The notes beneath the pieces are model-generated. The model did not search any database. It was not told where the DNA came from and worked only from the letters and a program-made list of their open reading frames with translations. A stretch of 64,000 nucleotides of DNA, from positions 49,228,001 to 49,292,000 of the forward strand of contig OZ024751.1 in assembly GCA_964016885.1 (NCBI GenBank), in the 5' to 3' direction. This document shows, one piece after another, positions 56,751 to 64,000 of the stretch (position 1 is the stretch's first letter; each line of letters begins with the position of its first letter). This DNA comes from Eledone cirrhosa (taxonomy: Eukaryota). The translations under genes and the position numbers were made by a program.

Positions 56751-59700
56751 ATGGCTATGCTAAGAGTAGGCTGTTTAAATGCGCGTGGCCTGGGCTCAAC
56801 TTGGAAGCAAGCAATGCTTCTAAATGACCTCAGGTCACAACGTATAGATGTGATGGTTATTTGCGAGGCCCGGATCAGCAACGTGCGACAGCTGGCCCCC
56901 GCCTTTGATGACTTTGAGATGCACGCATCTCTCTGTCAGCCCGGAGGTGGGGGTGGAGTTGTCGTTCTGCTGCAAAAACATCTGGGTCTCGCAACACAGA
57001 TGGTACATTTGGACCCGGAGGGTCGACTAGTGGTTCTGGACCTTGGCAGTGGTAAAGGCGGAGCGTTTAGGTTGGTAGCCGCCTACGGCCCCTTCGGGTC
57101 AATGCGGCCGGACTTCTTCCATCGTCTGGAGACTTTTCTGGGGACGTCCCGCTCCTTGCTATTAGTGGGGGACTGGAATGGTATCCTAGATGCACGCTGG
57201 GACTACGTAGGGGCCTGTCCCGATAGAGAGGGGTGTAATAGCCTCAAAGGGTTAATCGGTCGATTTGACCTGGCCGATAGATATCGACTAGATTTTCCGA
57301 CTGCGCCAACCTGGACTTGGGCAAATCGTAGCGGAACATCTAGGTCGTACCTAGATAGGTTCTTAGTTAGAATTAAGGATAAGGACTTTTTAAGTTGTCC
57401 AAAAATGCGCATGGTTGGCTATTCAGACCACAAATTAGTGACCTGCATGGTCAACCTTGACAGAACTCATAGACAGGGACCCGGTTACTGGAAGCTCAAC
57501 TTGTCCTTACCGGCAAGTAAGGCTTACAGGAACCGGATTAGCACTTTAGTTAAGGAGCGGTTGGCGGGCACCATCGTCAACAGCAGGTGGTGGGGATCTC
57601 TCAAAAGAGAGATTAGAGTAGTCTCTATAGAATTTAGTAAGGAGTTAGCCTCCAATAGAAATAGGAAGGAAAGGGAGTTGGTAGATAGTGTAGAAGAGGC
57701 AATTAGAAGCGGCGACGTGGCCAGAGTGCTAGCGTCGAGAACGGCCCTGGGCCAGTTCTTCGACGCGAAACACGAAGGCTGCATCGTCCGAAGAAAAATA
57801 CGTGCTCTGGGAAACGAGGGGACCAAAGCTATTAGTTGGGCCCGCGTGACAGAAGCCAAAAGAGGGAGCAGATCCACTATCCGGTCTTTGCGAGACCAGG
57901 ATGGACGGGTGATCCTTGAACCTAAGCAGATGTGCGAGGCTTTTCAAAAGCACTTTGCCGAATTGTTCGGAAGGGGCGGGGGGCCGGTTGGGGACGTGGA
58001 TTTCGGTCCATACCTCGACGGCCTGCCGCGTCTCTCGGACAGGGAGACGAAGTCCTGCGAGGAGCCGATTTCAGCCGCTGAGATAGAGGACGTGCTGAGC
58101 CAATGCGGCAAACGCAAATCCCCGGGTCTCGATGGTCTTCCATACGAACTATATCTAGCTATGCCGGACTTGTTCCCCGAACTCCTCGAGGCGGTCTACT
58201 GCAACTGGCGACAGAACGGGAGAATTCCCTGTGCTGTGAACAAGGGCGTAGTCACGCTAGTGAGGAAGGACGAGAACAAGGGGGACGATATAAATAATTT
58301 CAGGCCCATAACTCTGCTAAATACAGAGTTACAGATTTTGGCCAAGGTGCTAGCAAAGAGGTTGGCGCTTGTCGTGGGCAACCTGGTGGGAGATGCGCAG
58401 ACATGTGCTATCCCGTCCAGGTCCATCCACGATAACCTCCACCTCATGCGATACATCATAGAGAGGGTTGGGAACGAACCCGGCTTTGGTGGGGCCCTGA
58501 TCAACTTGGATCAATCTAAGGCATTCGATAGGGTCGACCATGGTTACCTGGATGCGGTGCTAGCGGCGGCAGGCTTCGGACCCGTTTTCAGGGGCTGGAT
58601 CAATGCCGTGCACAGCAGCCGCATCTGCTCTAGGGTCAAGGTGAACGGCAACCTCTCGGAGCCGTTCGAAATCGCGCGGTCCATCCGACAGGGGTGCCCT
58701 CTCTCCTCCCTTCTGTATGTAGTGACTCTAGAGCCACTGCTGCGGAAGTTGGAGTTGTTGCAGGGCATCCCGTTGGAACCGGGATTGCGGAAAGCGGTGT
58801 CAGCCTACGCCGATGACGTAACAGTAATGGTGTCGACGGCCTCGGAAATCGGGGCGATCGGCACCTTACTGGGGGAGTACGAAAGGTTTACAGGGGCTAA
58901 GCTGAACCGGGACAAGTCGATCGGTCTGCAACTCGGCACGTGGAGGGGCAGATCGATGCCCTCCGATGGCGTCGTCGGGCGCTGGACGGAGGGCCCGGTG
59001 AAATTGCTCACGGTCTGGTTCGGACCAGACCTCCAGGTGGAGAAGAACTGGGGTGAGGTGACGAGCAGGGTGTTTGCACTGACCCAGAAGTGGGCCGAGT
59101 GCAAACTGTCCCTGAAAGGTCGGGCGGAGGTGGCGAACACTTATATAGCGTCCGTCATCTACTACCGCCTGACCGTGGTGCCTTTCCCAAGGGAAACGCT
59201 CGCCAAAGTGGAGCGCGCACTCTTCCAATTCCTTTGGAAGAAGCGGGCTCCTATGGTGAGGAGATCCATCTGCTGTCAACACCCTTCGAAAGGAGGGCTG
59301 GGGATGCCGTGGCTGATGATACGTAAACACGTATTAAGGCTACGGCACCTTCAGGTATTCCTCTCCGGTCAACCGGTGTGGGCCCCGTTTGTGAGGCGAG
59401 CCTTTCCCAGACTCGTCTCACTCACCGAGCTGCAATCCTGGGTCAAGCAAAGACCGAGAAAACTGGGCGCCTGGCACACCGAGTGTGCCCAGGCACTCAC
59501 GGCTCTCTGGCAGGCGGACCCGGCTGTCAGTGGAGAATCAACCTCGTCATTCTATAGAGGGCTGGTGGTTAGCAGGTGCGACGACGCCCTCGGAGAAGCC
59601 CTAGGCATGGAGGAAGACGAACTGGCCAACCTGTTCGGTAGGACATTCAGCCCGGGACCCATGGATAACTTCCAGAGGTCCCTGGCCTGGCAATGCTACA

Positions 59701-60188
59701 GAAGGGCTCTGCCCGTTCGAGAAAGGCTCTACAGACACGGGCGCCCGGGTAGGGACCCATCGAAAAAGATCTGTCCCAGATGCGTGTGCGACGAGGAAAC
59801 CGTTGCACACGCATTGGTACACTGCTCGGGCATTGCCGATCTGTGGGGTTATGTCGAACAACTGCTGTCAAGGGTGGGACCAATCCGGTTGACCACCGAG
59901 TCTATTGTAACGATCAAGCCGCCTCCCCTCTTCAAAAACGAAGGAGAGGCGGTGTTTCTGTGCGTAATAGCCATGGCGAAAGAGGTTGTATGGTGGACGC
60001 GTCTGAAAGGACTGAGGTCAGACACCTTTCTCTCTGGCCAACAACTGGTCCGTTTCTTCCGATATCATTTCGGAAGAAGGATCAGGATGGAGAGAGAGGT
60101 GCTGCACCCCAGCCGTTTCTATGAGAGATGGGTGAAAGTGGCGAGAATGGCCCGTGTGAATGGGCCTTCACTCTACATCAGACTATAG
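56751..60188 (+). CDS. LINE ORF2: APE endonuclease + reverse transcriptase + CCHC knuckle (1145 aa from ATG)
   Basis: APE motifs: LNARG, CE, YGP, GDWN, LDRFL, SDH. RT motifs: KSPGLDG, FRPITLLN, LDQSKAFDRV, RQGCPLS, YADD, GGLG. Knuckle: CPRC...ET..H...HC. GYWKLN and W..LK linker motifs are L1/Tx1-like. Confidence 0.95.
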   Translation: MAMLRVGCLNARGLGSTWKQAMLLNDLRSQRIDVMVICEARISNVRQLAPAFDDFEMHASLCQPGGGGGVVVLLQKHLGLATQMVHLDPEGRLVVLDLGSGKGGAFRLVAAYGPFGSMRPDFFHRLETFLGTSRSLLLVGDWNGILDARWDYVGACPDREGCNSLKGLIGRFDLADRYRLDFPTAPTWTWANRSGTSRSYLDRFLVRIKDKDFLSCPKMRMVGYSDHKLVTCMVNLDRTHRQGPGYWKLNLSLPASKAYRNRISTLVKERLAGTIVNSRWWGSLKREIRVVSIEFSKELASNRNRKERELVDSVEEAIRSGDVARVLASRTALGQFFDAKHEGCIVRRKIRALGNEGTKAISWARVTEAKRGSRSTIRSLRDQDGRVILEPKQMCEAFQKHFAELFGRGGGPVGDVDFGPYLDGLPRLSDRETKSCEEPISAAEIEDVLSQCGKRKSPGLDGLPYELYLAMPDLFPELLEAVYCNWRQNGRIPCAVNKGVVTLVRKDENKGDDINNFRPITLLNTELQILAKVLAKRLALVVGNLVGDAQTCAIPSRSIHDNLHLMRYIIERVGNEPGFGGALINLDQSKAFDRVDHGYLDAVLAAAGFGPVFRGWINAVHSSRICSRVKVNGNLSEPFEIARSIRQGCPLSSLLYVVTLEPLLRKLELLQGIPLEPGLRKAVSAYADDVTVMVSTASEIGAIGTLLGEYERFTGAKLNRDKSIGLQLGTWRGRSMPSDGVVGRWTEGPVKLLTVWFGPDLQVEKNWGEVTSRVFALTQKWAECKLSLKGRAEVANTYIASVIYYRLTVVPFPRETLAKVERALFQFLWKKRAPMVRRSICCQHPSKGGLGMPWLMIRKHVLRLRHLQVFLSGQPVWAPFVRRAFPRLVSLTELQSWVKQRPRKLGAWHTECAQALTALWQADPAVSGESTSSFYRGLVVSRCDDALGEALGMEEDELANLFGRTFSPGPMDNFQRSLAWQCYRRALPVRERLYRHGRPGRDPSKKICPRCVCDEETVAHALVHCSGIADLWGYVEQLLSRVGPIRLTTESIVTIKPPPLFKNEGEAVFLCVIAMAKEVVWWTRLKGLRSDTFLSGQQLVRFFRYHFGRRIRMEREVLHPSRFYERWVKVARMARVNGPSLYIRL

Positions 60189-60763
60189 GTGAGGAAGATG
60201 AAAGACCAAGGGAGCACCCCTTCTCTGTGCTCCTGAGGAGAAGGGTTGCACACTTTTTTCGGGGGTGTGTGCGACCCCCCAAGGCGCCTCCTCTCTATTG
60301 AGGACTTTGTTATAAATTTTATTTTTTGTTATATTTTATTTTATTTTTATATATTGTTATTGCCTCCTCCTTATTGAGGACGCCTTGTTTTGTAAACTCC
60401 CCCCATTGTACTTGTCCCACTTTTGATGCCCTGGTGGCAAATAAAAGAAACATATCTATCTATATGTGTATATATATATATATATATTGATAGATAGAGA
60501 GATATATAGATAGATAGATGGATATAGATATGATATAAGTAGATGTTAGTGCACGGCTGCTGCTACTAATGTACTTGTTGCAAATGCGTGAGATCAGCCG
60601 CCGGGCACTAGCTTTTAACTATACATACACTCTAATTTCCCAAGTATCAAGGACTTAGCTGAATAACTTTTTACTAATTCTAACTGATAATTCTCTCTCT
60701 CTCTCTCCCTCTCACTCACTCTCTCTCTCTCTCTCAATCTTTCTCTCACTCCCTTTCTCTCTC

Positions 60764-60818
<55 letters not shown>

Positions 60819-61007
60819 TTGCTAACATCAAAACAGTCATTGTTATCATCGTCAACCACTTTGAGACAAGCAGTATTTGTGTAAAATGGTCTACCATATT
60901 TCGCCACATTACATCATCATCAGGCCACAGACATCATACAGCTTCTCTTCGTCGTCTTTGTCTTCGTCCTGTTCCTCTTTTCCTACTTCTTCTTTGTCTT
61001 CGTCTGC

Positions 61008-61123
61008 TCCCTACTGGGGAAATTTTCCTTCTTTCTTTTTTTGTTACATCCTCTGTTTTTGTTATTTACACGCAGAAATAGCCATTTGTACCGTCATGTA
61101 CTGCCCTGTGCTGTCCTTAATGT
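61008..61123 (+). mobile_element. Tx1 family A 3' UTR fragment
   Basis: Matches 6480-6591 (ccctactggggaaatttt...catcctctgttttt...ctgtccttaatgt). Confidence 0.8.
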
Positions 61124-61124
61124 T

Positions 61125-61668
61125 ATTGGCAGTATCGGTAGAGGGTCGGAGGCCATGCTTTGAAGCATAGAGTTACGTCCCTTTCTGATCTGAGTTCAAA
61201 TCCCGCCGAGGTTAACTTTGCCTTTCATCCTTACGGGGTCGATAAAATAAAGTACCAGTAATGTACTGGGATAATTGCTGGCCTTGTGCCTAAAGTAGAA
61301 ACAATTATTAGACGGTGGATTGGCAGTATCGGTAGAGGGTCTAACGCCATGCTTTACAACGGAGTTACGGCCCTTTATGGTATGAGTTCAAATACAGCCG
61401 AGGTTAACTTTGCCTCTCACCCTTACGGGGTCTATAAAATAAAGTACCACTCACGCACTGGGGTCGATTCAATCGACTTTCTCCTCCCCAACAATTGCTG
61501 GCCTTGTGCCTATATAAGAAACAATTATTATTATTATTATTATTATTATTATCCCGCCGAGGTTAACTTTGCCTTTCATCCTTACGGGGTCGATAAAATA
61601 AAGTACCAGTAATACACTGGGTACTTGCTGGCATTGTGCCAATAGCAGAAACAATTATTATTATTGTT
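61125..61668 (+). mobile_element. Three head-to-tail SINEs (61125-61310, 61311-61550, 61551-61668)
   Basis: Each ends AGAAACAATTATT and the next begins within that (ATT)n tail. The middle one is the long-tail subtype. Confidence 0.92.
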
Positions 61669-61669
61669 A

Positions 61670-62635
61670 TGGAGACTGGAATGTCTTCAGGTGCTCAGAG
61701 CCCTCGACCAGTCGGTCAATGTGATCGGTGGAAGCTCCACCTCGGCGTTCTATAGAGGATTAGTGGGGGGGGGGGGGATAGCGACGACGTACTTGGGGAA
61801 ACTCTAGGCGTCGACGAAAATCAACGAGCCAATCTCTTCGGAAGAACTTTCGGGCCGGGGCCTATGGACAACTTCCAGAAATCCCTGGCCTGGCAGTGCT
61901 ACCGAGGAGCTTTGCCAGTTCGGGATAAACTCTACAGGCATGGAGGTGCCGTCAGCCGGGCATTTCCGAGATGCGCGCAGGGCGACGAAACCGTCCTGCA
62001 CGAACTCGTCCAGAGTCCGAGCATTGCTGACTTGTGGGTTTATGTCGAACACCTGCTGTCACGTGTAGGACGGATCCGGCTATCAGCTGTGTCCATCGTG
62101 AGGATTGCCCCGCCCTCTTCCTTTAGCCGGAAAGGGCAGGCAGTTTTTATCTGTCTGGTCGCCAATGGCGAAAGAGATAGTATGGTGGAAACGTTTGAAA
62201 GGGCTGAAGACGAGCACTTACCTCTTCAGTGATACCCTGATTAACTTTTTCAAATTTCATTTGAAAAGGAAAATCAGAGTAGAGAGGGAAGTGCTCTCTT
62301 CCCAGCATTTTGTTGAAAGATGGGTGAGTGAAGCAAGTATGGCCCGAATCAATGGGCCTACTCTGAGTATGTGTCTGTAAATTAAAGGTGGAAAACTGGG
62401 AGAGGGAACTTGCCCTGGTAGTCAGGGTCACTGTGGTCTTTTAATGGGCTTTCTCCACAAATGTCCCTCGTAAAGTCTCTACACCTCTTGGGGAATTTTT
62501 CATTGTTATTTTTTGTTACATCCTCTGTTTTTGTTTTTTACACGCAGAAATGCCCATTTGTACCGTCCTGTTTTGTCCTGTACTCTACTTAATGTCTACT
62601 TTATGTAAACCCTTGTGGTAAATCAAGAAAGCATT
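61670..62635 (+). mobile_element. Tx1 family A, 5'-truncated, frameshifted
   Basis: Highly similar to 5723-6627. ORFs 61864..62232 and 62105..62380 are pieces of the ORF2 C-terminus. Confidence 0.93.
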
Positions 62636-62638
62636 TAC

Positions 62639-62775
62639 TTCCTCTGTTTTTGTTTTTTTACACGCAGAAATGCCCATTTGTACCGTCCTGCATTGTCCTG
62701 CACTGTCCTTAATGTCTACTTTATGTAAACCCTTGTGGTTAATAAAGAAATCATTATTATTATTATTATTATTAC

Positions 62776-62809
<34 letters not shown>

Positions 62810-62923
62810 TTATTTCAACCTCTGTTTTTTTACACGCAGAAATGGCCATTTGTACCGTCCTGTATTGTCCTGTACTGTCCTTAATGTCTACTTTATGTGA
62901 ACCCTTGTGGTTAATAAAGAAAA

Positions 62924-62925
<2 letters not shown>
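62639..62925 (+). mobile_element. Two further ~110-bp Tx1 family A 3' ends (62639-62752, 62819-62925) with (ATT)n tails
   Basis: Both start at CCTCTGTTTTT and end CCCTTGTGGTTAATAAAGAAA. Confidence 0.9.
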
Positions 62926-62978
<53 letters not shown>

Positions 62979-62979
62979 G

Positions 62980-63262
62980 TTCTTTGAGTCTCAGTCATTG
63001 ATGTTAGTTAACTGGAAAGTTTGTTGAAATGAATATCAACCCACTACCTGCAGCCTCAGATATTCAGGACGTATCGGAGGGTTCTTGCTGTTCCCAGCAA
63101 GCATGCCTTTTGAAGTGTTCCATAAAGTGGGGCGGGGCCAATTTTCTTTAACCATCCCTGGAAACTTTTTGAGATAGTACCTAGTGCGCCTATGACAATC
63201 GGGACCACTTTGACTTCATGGCAGTTCCAAATCCTTTTTACCTCCCACTTTAAGTCCTGGTA
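62980..63262 (-). mobile_element. R4/Dong-like LINE 3' fragment (RLE C-terminus) in (TAA)n
   Basis: 63262-63056 translates to YQDLKWEVKRIWNCHEVKVVPIVIGALGTISKSFQGWLKKIG...LQKACLLGTARTLRYVLNI*. This is not in the ORF track. Confidence 0.85.
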
Positions 63263-63269
63263 TAGGTTA

Positions 63270-63321
<52 letters not shown>

Positions 63322-63323
<2 letters not shown>

Positions 63324-63880
63324 AGTTGCATTTATCTTGCTTTATGTTCATACGAGTTATCACCAAGTCACAACCAGTGACCTCAAGAGACAACAAGGTC
63401 CGCCATGTTCAAGAAAGAACATACATACTCACACATGCATCTTTAGTGTTTAGACTTGTGATGTACTTATATTGACAGAATCTTCCTTAGTATATGGGCA
63501 GTTCCCATTAGTACTATCTTTTGTATTTCTCCTATACGCGGGTTTCCTGAGATTTGCGATAAGTAATCATTAGACCCCTTAGGTATCATTCCCAGAGCGC
63601 CTACAACCACTGGTATTGTTTTAGTTCTCAATTTCCACATTTTTCCAATTTCTATCTCCAGGTCCTTATACTTGCTCAATTTTTCAAATGTTTTTATAGA
63701 TACATTCTTGTCTATTGAAACAGACATATCAATTAACAGGCATACCCTCTTTTTAAAGTCCTTCAATATTATATCAGGTCTATTTGCATCTATTTTTCGG
63801 TCTGTTTGGATGCTAAAGTTCCACAAGATTGAGATGTGATATTTTTCAAGTATGGGAGGTGGTTTGATGGGGCAGGTCAA
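63322..63880 (-). mobile_element. R4/Dong-like LINE 3' fragment, second family, with (TAA)n tail
   Basis: ORF 63467..63880 has ILWNF.IQTD, NRPDII, LLID, EKLSKYKDL, PVVVGALG and GTAHILR, typical of restriction-like endonucleases. Confidence 0.88.
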
Positions 63881-64000
63881 AATGCTTACACATTATCCAA
63901 TGTATGTATTGTGCAGCTCTGTCTTTCCTGTTTAGGTATTCGGTTGGAGCTATAGGACTGCACATTGAAATTATATGGTCAATGGTCTCTGGTTGTTTTT

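Larger units (their letters stand above)
56511..60452 (+). mobile_element. Tx1/L1-type LINE family B, truncated within ORF1, ORF2 open
   Basis: Pro/Thr-rich ORF tail, complete ORF2 and a 3' UTR ending AATAAAAGAAACAT. ATCTATCTAT flanks both ends. Confidence 0.95.

Noticed and set aside
57203-60124. Antisense and alternate-frame ORFs within LINE ORF2
   Set aside because: Shadow ORFs expected in GC-richer coding DNA, with no motifs.
55943-60452. LTR retrotransposon suggested by the direct repeats 55943-56077 and 60318-60452
   Set aside because: The repeats are LINE 3' UTRs ending in AATAAA. The ORF is APE-RT with no integrase, protease, PBS or TG...CA ends.

Overview
AT-rich, microsatellite-saturated animal genomic DNA, most likely an octopod cephalopod (inferred from the tRNA-derived SINE family and repeat landscape). 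There is no intact host gene. The window opens with a probable assembly fold-back and a 200-N gap. It contains about 14 SINE copies, several Tx1/L1-type LINEs (one with an open 1145-aa APE-RT-CCHC ORF2), two R4/Dong-like RLE fragments, a disrupted RT+GIY-YIG Penelope-like element (PLE), Helitron-like termini with 23-aa STPR-like repeats, a decayed hAT transposase, two unrelated 37-bp minisatellites, a ~1.7-kb tandem duplication, and possible decayed EGF/mucin exons. The main hidden signal is a set of sequence-unrelated fold-back elements in (TA)n tracts. Folding by eye gives 12 type-I hammerhead ribozyme motifs with complete cores, including a U3-A8 variant and a shared stem II C-C mismatch. 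A second class is mirrored inside stem II, so only the GAAAC...GUH half survives. A second signal is that the SINE and Tx1 LINEs share a 20-nt 3' end and pile up in (ATT)n or (ATCT)n tracts. All structures and family assignments were made by eye, without searches.
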